Assembly: GCA_963744795.1 (NCBI GenBank)
Contig: CAVUVF010000018.1
Location: 347,530-411,529 of the forward strand
DNA: 64,000 nucleotides
Origin: an uncultured Acidobacteriaceae bacterium
GTDB taxonomy: Bacteria > Acidobacteriota > Terriglobia > Bryobacterales > Bryobacteraceae
Direction of reading: 5' to 3'
Each line of letters starts with the position of its first letter. Position 1 is the first letter of the stretch. This document shows positions 54,201-64,000 of the stretch, in pieces. The translations under genes and the position numbers were made by a program. The notes under the pieces are model-generated. The model did no database searches. It was not told the DNA's origin and saw nothing but the letters and a program-made list of their open reading frames with translations.

Positions 54201-54779
54201 ACGCTCGATCGATGCTTTGCTTTGCCCTGCGGCGAAAGCGTTGCCCAGGCGGCGTAGCGATGCCGCCAGCTGCAATTGAGCGGCGTATTCCGTTTCGTTT
54301 TCCAGCCAGCGGGATACCTGCGTCGCGAAGCTGAGATCCGTCAGCGGCTCCTGCAGCAGCGTTTCGAGTTCGGGAGCGAGGGCGTAGCCGTCGATTTCGC
54401 TTGCTTTTTCTTCGGTGTACCCGGTAATTGCCTTGCGCTGAACAAACCGGCGCTTGACCGCGTAAATCGGCGCGAGCGCAGAGTGACGCGCTCGCAGTCT
54501 GTCCAATTCTGGCTGTATGCCGAAGAAGTTGCCCAGAAAGTCTTCGAGGTAAGGTGCGACCTCGAGGATCAGGGTCGAGTGAGCCTTCGGAGCTAAAGAA
54601 CCTGGATTTTCCCGTGCAGCCAGAAGCGAATCCCGGAGCGCCGGGGCGGTCTGGCCCAGATCCTCGAGGAATAGGTCGTCCAGCCGTCGCAATTGATCGG
54701 TCCGGTAAAGATCCTCAAACGCGAAGCCAAATGGCAATACGAGACTTGAACGAACTTGGTCTTTGGTCAACTGTTCCAC
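51231..54779 (-). CDS. Large fused oxidoreductase: N-terminal unknown domain, Cys clusters, a GltD-like FAD/NAD(P) domain and a C-terminal PyrK-like ferredoxin-reductase module; at least 7 frame breaks
   Basis: KVLVVGLGPAGF (dinucleotide fold), VVIGGGLTAVD, the Cys clusters CIKCHNQGKDSC and CAATGHRICNDCMKSC, the PyrK-like GQFYRL...LLAGGGLGNAVLF, and the terminal 2Fe-2S-like CMMKEICAQC...FSC. Confidence 0.7.
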
Positions 54780-54960
54780 GAAATTGTCAGATCCTCAAGC
54801 TCTGAGTCGGACCGAATCTTTAGCGGAAAGATGGTGGACTCTGCGGGAGTTGCTTGGGTGCACTCCTATTTTCGCAGATCCGAGCCGATCTCGTGACTGT
54901 TGGGGCGTTCAGGGGCGAGATTTGGGCTTTGGACGTGGAAAATCCGATATCGTAATAAGG

Positions 54961-55758
54961 ATGGAGCTTGAGCGCTCAATACTGCGCAAGGTCGGTGAGG
55001 CGATAAGCCGGTTCAAAATGATCCGTGACGGCGACTATGTTGCCGTCGGCGTTTCCGGTGGAAAGGACTCGCTGACGCTGCTCGAGGCCCTGCTGCTTCT
55101 TCAGAAACGGGCGCCCATCAATTTCCGCGTTAGTGCTTTTACCGTCGAACAGGGCAAATTCCTCCGTCCGATTCATCCGGTCGGCGAATATCTTCGAAGT
55201 CGAGGCATCGATTGGGTTTACATCGAAGACGAGCCCTCGCTCGACCTCCTGGAACAGCAGCCCGACCACGGATGTGACGTTTGCAGCCGGTTTCGCCGTC
55301 GCGCTGTGTATGACATCGCCAGGAAGATGGGTGCGAATGTCGTGGCACTGGGCCATACCGCCGACGATTTTTGCGAAGCCTTTCTCCGCAATTCGATGTT
55401 TACCGGGAGAATTAGCGCACTTCCTCCCGTTACCTGGTCCAAGAAACGCGAATTTCGCCTCATCCGGCCCCTGGTATACGTGACGGAAGACCAGACCTCG
55501 GCCTTTGCGGAGAGCTTGGGCGCGCCGGTCATCCCGTGCGGTTGCTCCCAAAAAACCGGCACGGTGCGAAATACGTTGCGCAGCTTCTTCTCGGAGATCG
55601 AGAAGGATCACCCTTTCTTGAAAGAGACGTTGATCTCAGCGATGGGAAATGTCGAGTTGAGCCGGTTGCTTGATCCCAGATACTGGACGTCGACGAATCC
55701 GCGGCCGAGCCGCGAACCCGAACCATCCCGAGACACACTTATCCCGCTTACGGTTTAG
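54961..55758 (+). CDS. ttcA: tRNA 2-thiocytidine biosynthesis PP-loop ATPase TtcA
   Basis: PP-loop VGVSGGKDS, HGCDVCSRFRR, LGHTADD and PCGCS. ATG 54961 follows AAGG. The ORF-track start at 54763 overlaps the divergent gene. Confidence 0.85.
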   Translation: MELERSILRKVGEAISRFKMIRDGDYVAVGVSGGKDSLTLLEALLLLQKRAPINFRVSAFTVEQGKFLRPIHPVGEYLRSRGIDWVYIEDEPSLDLLEQQPDHGCDVCSRFRRRAVYDIARKMGANVVALGHTADDFCEAFLRNSMFTGRISALPPVTWSKKREFRLIRPLVYVTEDQTSAFAESLGAPVIPCGCSQKTGTVRNTLRSFFSEIEKDHPFLKETLISAMGNVELSRLLDPRYWTSTNPRPSREPEPSRDTLIPLTV

Positions 55759-55785
55759 CCGACCTGTAAAATAGACGTTCTTCTT

Positions 55786-57554
55786 ATGGCTGCCGAGTTG
55801 GTTGTCGTCAACGGATCATCCGCTGGCACGCGCCACGACCTCACCAAGGGCGAGTTCTTCATCGGCCGATCGCCGTCTTCAAAGATCGTGATCAATGAAC
55901 CGGAAGTCGGCTGGCGGCATTGTCAGATCCGGCAGCATGAGCGGCCGCTTTCTGATCACAGATCTTCGAAGTTCGATCGGAACTTACGTGAACGGAATGC
56001 GATCTGCGGAGCGCTGGCTTGTCCGATCGCGACCAGATCGGGGTCGGCAAAACCATCCTGATGTTTCGCTCGGGCGAGGAGGCGAAAGAGGAGCGAGCTC
56101 CGGCTCGGCGCGAGCGACGTGAAGCCGGTGTTGTTGGCGTCCTGTTCGCTTGTTTTTCTGTTTCGCGCTCTGGCGGCCAGTTCGGCGAACGGTCAAAGCA
56201 GGCTTCTCCAGAACCAGATTATCCGTCTCGTGTCGGATCTGATCCCGGTAGATGCCGGGTATCTCGTTCTCGGGCTCAACCTTGCAAGCGTTATCGACCA
56301 ATACGAAAGCTGAATGGCCTGGGAGCCGGTGAGCTTGGAAAGGCCGGCCTCGCGAGGATCGCCGAAGAGGGTGCGTTCGAAGATTCTCAAACCGGCATGA
56401 TCGGCGTTCCGCTGTATCTCGCGAACGTCCTTGGCGGGGCATTGCTTTTGCAGACTAAAGCGAGCGAGCGCGAGCGGCTACCCGCTCATCTGGAGACTCT
56501 GACGGCCATTGCTTCTCTTGCTTCCATCGGGTTCGAAGCGAATCGGGAAGTAGAAAACCTGAAAGTGGAGAAGGCGCTTCTCGAGGAGCGGATTGGCGTA
56601 CCGAACGGGATCGTCGGCAACAGCCCTCCCATTCGGCGCCTGTTGACACTCATCGACCGTGTTGCTCCGCGAGATTCGACTGTCTTAATCACGGGCGAGA
56701 GCGGGACGGGCAAGGAATTGATTGCACGAGCCCTCCACCAAGGCAGCGACCGCCGCGATCATCACTTCATTGCGGTCAATTGCGCGGCACTGAGCGAGAA
56801 CCTCTTCGAGAGCGAGTTGTTCGGTCACGAGAAGGGAGCGTTCACCGGTGCCATCGCGCTCAAGAAGGGCCGATTCGAACTTGCGGAAGGCGGCACAATC
56901 TTCCTGGATGAAGTGGGCGAATTGGCGCTGCCGCTTCAAGCCAAGCTGCTGCGCGTTCTGCAACAGCGGGAATTTGAGCGCGTTGGAGGCACGCAGGTGC
57001 ACAGTCTCGATATCCGCGTGATCGCCGCAACAAATCGGGATCTGCAGGAAGATGTTCGCGAAGGCAAATTCCGAGAAGATCTGCTCTATCGGCTGAACGT
57101 AGTCACGCTGGAGTCGCCTCCGCTGCGGGACCGCAAAGAGGATATTCCGATCCTGGCACGCTATTTCCTCGAGAGCTCGGCGAAGCGCTGCAAGCGACAG
57201 GTGGAAGGGGTCTCGAAAGAGGCCGAAGAAATCCTGATGCAGTATTCCTGGCCGGGCAACGTGCGCGAACTCGAAAACGCAATGGAACGTGCCGTTGTGC
57301 TTGGCGTGTCCGATGCCGTTCTACCCGAAGATCTGCCCGAAGCAATGCTGGAATCTGCACCACGCGAATCAGGCGCGAAGTATCATTCCTCTCTCGGCCA
57401 GGCAAAGCGTGAAGCGATCTTGGATGCCTATGTCCAGGGCGGCGGCGACTACAAACAGGCGGCCCGTCTGTTGGGTCTCCATCCCAATTACCTTCTGCGC
57501 CTGGTTCGAAACCTGAACTTGCGCGACGAAATCAATCGCCGCTTAGGCGAGTAA
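55786..57554 (+). CDS. Sigma-54-dependent transcriptional activator with N-terminal FHA and central GAF-like domains, about 3 frame breaks in 55930-56330
   Basis: FHA region [25 protein letters not shown]...[17 protein letters not shown]+ module with [14 protein letters not shown] and DEVGEL. C-terminal Fis-type [22 protein letters not shown]. Confidence 0.85.
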
Positions 57555-57617
57555 CGAACGGCGGCCATGCCACTGGCTTGAAGGCGACTCCTGCAGATGC
57601 GAAGGCACAGACGCGTC

Positions 57618-58368
57618 TCACTTAGTGCCGATATGAAGCGCCGCTATGCCACCGGTCAGAAACTGGTATTCGGCGCGTGCGAACCCGGCAGATCGCATCA
57701 TGTCCGCAAGCGCGGGCGCCTTAGGGAATTTTCGTATCGAAGACGGCAAATAGGTGTAAGCTTCTCGCGAACCTGACACGATTGTTCCAATGATCGGCAG
57801 GATCACTCGCGAGTAGAATCCATATCCCAGCCTCACCAGAAAGTTGGATGGATGAGAAAACTCCAGGATTGCAATCTGCCCTCCCGGTTTCAACACCCGG
57901 AGTAGCTCAGCCAAGCCCGATTCGTAGTTAGCCAGGTTTCGAAATCCGAACGCGATCGCAACGCAATCAAGTTCACCATCTGCGAACGGCAGCGTAAGTG
58001 CATCAGCTTCGAGGAGAGCCGGCAGGATGCCTTTACGCTGCGTTTTCTTGTGCGCTGCGGTCAGCATGGGATGGCAGAAGTCGGCTCCGATCACTTGCGC
58101 TTTGGCTCCGACGTTGAAATCGAGGTAAACGTCCCCCGTACCGCAGCACAAATCCAGCACCACGGCATCAGGATTGTCGAGAGCCCATCTGACTTTCTGA
58201 ACCAGTGCCTTGCGCCATCCTGCGATCGATGTTGAACGAAAGCAGATGGTTAAGGAAGTCATATCGCGGCGCAATGCCGGCGAACATGCGCTCTACCCAC
58301 GCGGATGCCTGCTTCTCATCTGAAGCGCCGGGAGGAGTCGTTCCGCTAGGGACAGCAGTGGACTTCAT
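57618..58368 (-). CDS. ubiE: Demethylmenaquinone / ubiquinone C-methyltransferase (UbiE/MenG), frame break near 58230
   Basis: MFAGIAPRYDFLNHLLSF, VLDLCCGTGD, LKPGG and the C-terminus GGIAALHIGTK. Confidence 0.85.
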
Positions 58369-59442
58369 TGCAACGTGTTCACAATCGCTTGTCTTGACGT
58401 TGGACTGATCGACATCGGACACAATCTTCACCGTGCCGATCCCCGTGGCAAGCACAAAGTGGACTTTGCCTCCGAGTGTCTTCTTGTCCTTCGCAAGTCT
58501 TGCAATGAGATTCTCCGGCTTCAAATCCGCGATGGAAGGGATCGGTCCGTAGCTGCGAATCGTTGTCTCGATTGCTGCGCAGTCCTCTTTCGACAATAGG
58601 CCGGTGAGAAACGAAAGTTCGGTAGCGGCGAGCATGCCCCAGGCAATCGCTTCTCCATGGAGCAGCCGGGTATATTCGGTTTCGGCTTCAATGGCGTGTC
58701 CGATCGTGTGACCGAAGTTCAAGATCCTGCGGAGGTCGCCTTCCTTTTCGTCCGCTGAGACAACATCGACTTTTACGCGAACGGCCCCGGCTACGAGCGA
58801 GTCCACCAACTCCGGATTCGTCGCCGAGAATGTCGACGCGGCGCCGGGCAAAGTGGCCAAAAGACTTCAGGATCGCGAATGACTCCACATTTCAGGACCT
58901 CAAATAACCCGGCGCGGTACTCGCGTTCCGGAAGCGTCGAGAGAAAGTCGGGATCAATCAACACCGCCAGCGGCTGATGAAAACTTCCGATCAGGTTTTT
59001 GCCGCTGCGAAGATTGACGCCTGTTTTGCCGCCGGTTGCCGCATCTACCTGGGCCAAGAGCGTCGTCGGAATCTGCAAGACGGGAATGCCGCGCATGAAG
59101 ATAGCCGCGAGGAAGCCGCCCATATCCGTTACGATCCCACCGCCGAAACCAATTACAATACTGGTCCGGTCAGCGCCCCGCTCCGACATCTCTTCCGCGA
59201 GCCTCTCGAGGTTGGCCAGCCGCTTGTTACTTTCGCCACCTTCGAACCGAAGAACTTCGTACTCGCCCGGTTCGAATTGACCGCTGATGACCTTTCCGTG
59301 TAAGTCGCCAAACGTCGTCCGTTGTCAGGACGAACAGCTTGCCGTGCCGCCCGGGGAGATATTCACGAATGCGCCCGCTGATCCCGCGCTCAATGACGTT
59401 CGGGTAGCTACACTGCGAGGTTCTAACCTCAAAGACGGGCAT
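58365..59442 (-). CDS. aroB: 3-dehydroquinate synthase, about 3 frame breaks
   Basis: GGGIVTDMGGFLAA, DAATGGKTGVNL and FGHTIGHAIE. The reconstructed C-terminus AIVNTLQ ends in TGA overlapping the ubiE ATG (ATGA at 58365-58368). Confidence 0.85.
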
Positions 59443-59459
59443 TTGATCGTTGTACCATT

Positions 59460-61032
59460 GTGATTATTAAGGCCCCTACGCAGCGGATTGAGACGGATTT
59501 TGTTGTTGTGGGGGCGGGCGTAGCTGGATTACGTGCCACGGCGGAACTCGCCCAGTCGGGTCGCGTACTGGTCATCGCAAAAGACTCGCTTCAGGAATCT
59601 TCTTCCGAATACGCTCAGGGCGGGATTGCGGTCGCATTAAGCGACGATGACGAGCTTGAGCTGCATGAACAAGACACGATCGTCGCGGGTGACGGGCTTT
59701 GCGACATCGAAGCTGTAAGAACTCTGGTAGAAGAAGGTCCCTCAGCCATCGAACAACTGATCGAATGGGGAACCGCCTTCGACCGGCAAGGGCGATGAGC
59801 TTCTCTTTGCGCGAGAAGGGGCCCACAGCCGCAACCGCGTTCTGCATGCGCACGGCGACTCCACAGGCCGGGAAATTGTTCGCAGCTTGGGCCAGCACGC
59901 CAGCTCACTCGACAACGTGACTTTTCACAGTTTTGCGGCGCTCGTGGACCTCATCGTTTCTGACGGGCAGGTGATCGGCATAACGGCCCTGGACGGAAGA
60001 ACCGGCGAACGCGTGCAAATCTTCGCTCGCGGAACCTTGCTGGCGACTGGCGGCTTGGGCCGAGTGTTTGCGAACACCACAAATCCAGACGTTGCGACGG
60101 GCGACGGTGTTGCTTGCGCTTACCGGGCTGGAGCTGGGATCGCGGACATCGAATTCGTACAGTTCCATCCCACTGCGCTTTATCTTCCTGGTGCTCCGCG
60201 ATTTCTGTTAAGCGAGGCTCTTCGCGGAGAAGGTGCATACCTTCGCAACGGACGCGGAGAGCGTTTCATGTTCCGCTACCATCCGCTTGGCGGAACTCGC
60301 GCCTCGGGATGTTGTTTCGCGAGCGATTGTCGCCGAGATGCGCGCGAACAATGACGAAAGCGCGTTTCTCGATTTGACGCATTTGCCGGCCGGCTTTGTC
60401 CGTGATCGATTCCCTCGTATCTACGAGACGTGTTTCAAGCATGGAATCGATCTTGCGAGCACGCCCGCTCCGGTGCGCCCCGCGGCTCATTACGCCATGG
60501 GCGGCATTCGAACGGACCTGTTCGGCCAAACTGATCTTCCGCGACTCTTTGCGGCGGGCGAGGCGGCCTGCACGGGCGTTCATGGCGCAAACAGGCTGGC
60601 AAGTAATTCTCTCCTGGAAGCCGTTGTGTTTGGCGCGCGCGCGGGGCGGAGGATGCAGAGATCTTTCGGCGATTTCGCCCACAGATGTTCCCGAAGCCGC
60701 AGATTCTGATCCCGCAGATTTCAGAAAGTGACCTGCGCGAGCTGACCTGGAATGGATGCGGAATTCTTCGGAGCCAATCCGGGCTGTCTGCCGTGCTGAA
60801 CGAAATACAAAGCCGAATTTTGAAACCAAGCGCCACCGTCGGGCGCCCAGAACTTGAGTTGCGAAATATGCAGCAGGTGGGTTGGTTGATCGCTCGGGCT
60901 GCTCTAGCTCGCGAAGAGAGTCGTGGGGGACACTTCCGCGAAGACTTTCCTCAGAAATCGATGCAGTTCGAGAAACACTCGCTGATTCACCAATCGGCCG
61001 GACCGTTCGAGGCTCAGCTCCATTTTGTTTAG
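59460..61032 (+). CDS. nadB: L-aspartate oxidase, about 3 frame breaks
   Basis: GTG start, [50 protein letters not shown] and [10 protein letters not shown]. Confidence 0.9.
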
Positions 61033-62242
61033 CACTGACCGCCGCCCTTCGCGCTTTATGTTTGGCATGGCGTTACTGCTATTCGCTGTGCCGCTTCATC
61101 AATCGAGTCCGCTCGCTGCGTTGTGGACCACTCCGGCTATTCTCGTCGCTTCACTCCTGATCACATGGGGTGCGGAATCCGCGCAGTTCTTCGTTGCTCA
61201 GGGCTTTGCTCTGGCAATTCTGGCCTGGATGCAGACGCTTCCTGAGTTCGCGGTCGAAGCCGTTCTGGCGTGGAAGGCACAAACCGAGCTCCTTCTCGCG
61301 AATTTAACTGGTGCGCTTCGGCTGCTGACAGGGTTGGCATGGCCCATGATCTATGCCACAGCCGGATTCGTTCATCACCGGCGCACCGGGCATCATCTCC
61401 GTTCCATCGATCTTCAGCCTCACCACAGCGTCGAGGTCATCGGTTTAACACTGCCGCTTCTTTACGTCACTTTTATCTGGTGGAAGGCGAGCCTCACCGT
61501 TTACGACGGGATCGTTCTGGTGTTTCTTTATGCCGCGTACCTGATGCTGCTGACCAAACTTCCGCCTGAAAAGGATGAAGGAATTGAGGATCTGGAGGCG
61601 GTGCCACGAGCGATTGCTTTGGCTCCGCGCGGCAAGAGAATTGCCGGCATCCTGGGATGTTTTCTCGGCGGCGGCGTCATCATTTACTTCACGGCCGAGC
61701 CCTTTCTGGGAAGCCTGGTTCCGTTGCAACAGCTATCGGCATTCCGAGCTTCATCGTGATTCAGTGGCTTGCGCCGATTATTTCTGAATTTCCGGAGTTG
61801 CTCTCTACGTTTTACTTTGCACGCCAGGAAGTCAAAGCGCCCGTTGGCTTGATGAATATTGCGTCAAGCAACATCAACCAGTGGACTCTGCTGGTCGCCA
61901 TGTTGCCCGTTGTGCTTTCGCTCGGTAGAGGTGAAGTAACCGCGCTGCAGTTCGACGCGCAGCAAAGTGTTGAACTTGCGCTCACACTTAGCCAAAGTGT
62001 TCTGGCCCTCATGTTCCTGTTCAACATGAGGTTTGCATGGTGGGAGGCTGCGGCGATGTTTGTACTGTTCGCGGCGCAGTTCGTTCTGCCGGAGTTTTTC
62101 GGCAGAGCAGGCAAAGCTCTGGATCTGCTATGCGTTCCTGGCTTGGAGCGCGGCTGAACTGCTGATTCTTCTGTTCAGAGGAAAAACGCCGGAGGCGTTG
62201 AAGAGCTTCTCCGAAGTGTGGAGAGCGCACGTCAGGAGTTAG
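61025..62242 (+). CDS. Ca2+/cation antiporter (CaCA)-family membrane protein, 2 frame breaks; start uncertain
   Basis: Multiple TM helices and two alpha-repeat-like segments (TLPEFAVEAV... and PIISEFPELLST...) across ORFs 61025-61759, 61657-62157 and 62033-62242. Confidence 0.6.
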
Positions 62243-62589
62243 GCGTTGCCGAAGTTGATCAGAGCCACACCGAAGATGATCATCAGCAAGCCGCCCACTT
62301 TCGAAAGCGTGAACCGCTCGCCGAAGAAAAGACGAGCCCAAAGCATCGCCCAGATGTAGCCAAGCGAGACCATCGGGTACAGCACAGTAAGCTGCGCGCC
62401 CGGTTGGCCCACTCCCATCATGTAGAACACGCTCGAGAACAGGTAAAGAACAATGCCTACGAGCAGCCAGTAATTCGAAAGCAGCCGGCCGATTCCGCCG
62501 TTCATGTGCTCTGCGCCAAGCTTAAGAAACACCGCGCCGAATGAGCCGATGAAGGAGCTGACAAGGATCAGGAGGACAGCCGTGTTCAT
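62239..62589 (-). CDS. Small 4-TM EamA/SMR-like (DMT superfamily) transporter subunit
   Basis: Intact 116-aa ORF of four hydrophobic helices, paired with a paralogue immediately upstream. Confidence 0.65.
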   Translation of the reverse strand: MNTAVLLILVSSFIGSFGAVFLKLGAEHMNGGIGRLLSNYWLLVGIVLYLFSSVFYMMGVGQPGAQLTVLYPMVSLGYIWAMLWARLFFGERFTLSKVGGLLMIIFGVALINFGNA

Positions 62590-62606
62590 GTGCCATCACG
62601 TTCGCT

Positions 62607-63021
62607 CTACTTCTTCAGTCCGAGTACGGAGACGCCGCCGACAATGAATGCGATTCCGATACTGCGGAAGAAGTTCATGTGCTCATCGGCAAGGAGAAAC
62701 AGCGAAAGCACCGTCACCCAAACGTAGGTCAACGCGATGATCGGGTACAAGACGCGACAGTTCGCGGCCCTTCAAGGCTAAGGCCATCAGGAACGTGTTA
62801 ACGCCGTAAAGACAATAGCCCGCGAACAGCCTGACGTTCTTGAGCACTCCGAGAAAGAAGCTCACGATGAGTGCCGGGCTTCTGAACACGTCGGCCAGAC
62901 TGACGTGACTTCCGACCTGGGACGATCCTGTTTTCATCAGGATCTGCGCTGCCGCCCCAATCAACGTGCAGGAGAAGACCAGGAGAAATGCCTGCTTCGC
63001 TTCACTCTTCGGCTTGGTCAA
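62607..63021 (-). CDS. Small 4-TM EamA/SMR-like transporter subunit (paralogue), frame break near 62740
   Basis: TTG start, LLVFSCTLIGAAAQILMK. After a frame shift it reads IIALTYVWVTVLSLFLLADEHMNFFRSIGIAFIVGGVSVLGLKK, with the stop at 62607-62609. Confidence 0.55.
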
Positions 63022-63164
63022 CTACCCGCGGGTGCTTCGAGCACGGTGGGCGACGTCAAACGTACGCATCCTGAAGCATAATCTCTCCTATTTTACGGCA
63101 TGTAGGATTATCATGGCCAGATTAACGGCTCCCTAGTAATTTCGATGGGGCCTATCAGAACCCA

Positions 63165-64000
63165 ATGCAATCTTACCTTAAGCGGTTCCTCTGGGCCGCC
63201 CTTTGCTTGCTCGCCGCCCTTGCTCTTGGAACCATAGCCGTCACTCGAGGGGAACCCGTCAACAGCCTGTGGCTTATAGCGGCAGCCGCTTCTTTCTTTA
63301 TTCTTGGGTTTCGCTTCTACGGGCGCTTTCTCTCGCAGTGCGGGTATTTGGGCTCGACGACAGGCGGGCCACTCCGGCCGAACGACTTCGTGATGGCCAG
63401 GATTTCGAGCCTACAAACAAATGGATTCTGTTCGGTCACCACTTTGCCGCGATTGCGGGCCCGGGGCCACTTGTCGGTCCCACACTGGCGGCTCAGTTTG
63501 GTTATCTTCCCGGCGTGCTGTGGATTCTGATCGGCGCTGTGCTGGCAGGAGCGGTTCAGGACTTCATCATTCTTTTCTGTTCGATGCGGCGCGACGGAAA
63601 AACCTTGGGACAGATTGCGCGCGATGAGATTGGCAACGTCGCTGGCTTCGTTTCGCTACTAACGGTTCTGTCGATCATGGTCGTTCTGCTTGCGGTGGTG
63701 GCCTTAGTCGTTGTGAACGCTCTGCGGGGCAGCCCTTGGGGCACGTTCACGATTGCAGCGACCATGCCGATGGCAGTGCTGATGGGCCTGTATCTGCGAT
63801 ACGTGAGGCCAGGCAAAGTTCTGGAGTGTTCCGTGCTTGGATTTGGGCTGGTTTTGCTGAGCATCGTCGGTGGAAGCGCCATTGCGACCTCCCAGCCATT
63901 GCACCCTGGTTCACTCTGGGCGGTGTTGCGCTCGCAATCGCGATCGTTATTTACGGGTTCTTCGCCAGTGCCTTGCCGGTGTGGCTGCTGCTTGCTCCGA
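63165..64000 (+). CDS. cstA: Carbon starvation protein A, 3' end outside the window, at least 2 frame breaks
   Basis: WILFGHHFAAIAGPGPLVGPTLAAQFGYLPG and ILFCSMRRDGKTLGQIA are hallmark CstA segments. Confidence 0.85.

Noticed and set aside
1-64000. Search for a CRISPR array (regularly spaced 25-40-nt direct repeats) anywhere in the window, especially next to the Csm operon (34764-34869, 40337-40578)
   Set aside because: Non-coding gaps are all about 400 bp or shorter, and I saw no repeated unit of suitable length in any of them. Absence was judged by eye only, and a degenerate or single-repeat relic cannot be excluded.

Overview
By-eye reading of the sequence and ORF track; no searches or computations were run. 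The window looks like a GC-rich chromosomal segment from an Acidobacteriota-like genome. That assignment is an inference from three gene types: a TonB-dependent receptor with a carboxypeptidase-regulatory-like N-terminus, a VWFA protein of the acidobacterial type, and a multihaem-TPR lipoprotein. Most genes are housekeeping: ileS-lspA-lgt, aroB-ubiE, nadB, ttcA, ctaA, xth, dgt, a fadB-like gene and cstA. The standout is a compact minus-strand operon at 34870-40336 encoding a type III-A-like (Csm) CRISPR effector in the order cas10-csm2-csm3-csm4-csm5. I see no CRISPR array, cas6, cas1/cas2 or CARF effector anywhere in the 64 kb. Its Cas10 is only 487 aa: the GGDD palm is present and there is no HD domain. 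Its Cas11/Csm2 carries an Arg/Gly-rich N-terminal extension, and an acidic low-complexity tail lies between the csm4 core and csm5. An ExeA-like AAA+ ATPase follows directly on the same strand. Other notable loci are a secreted tail-fibre-repeat/SGNH hydrolase gene pair, a heptahaem cytochrome-TPR fusion, a degraded DUF433 toxin-antitoxin remnant and a roughly 1180-aa fused oxidoreductase. Major caveat: almost every long gene, including essential ileS, has its reading frame broken one or more times. This points to indel errors in the assembly rather than biology. Many coordinates are therefore merged reconstructions across frames.
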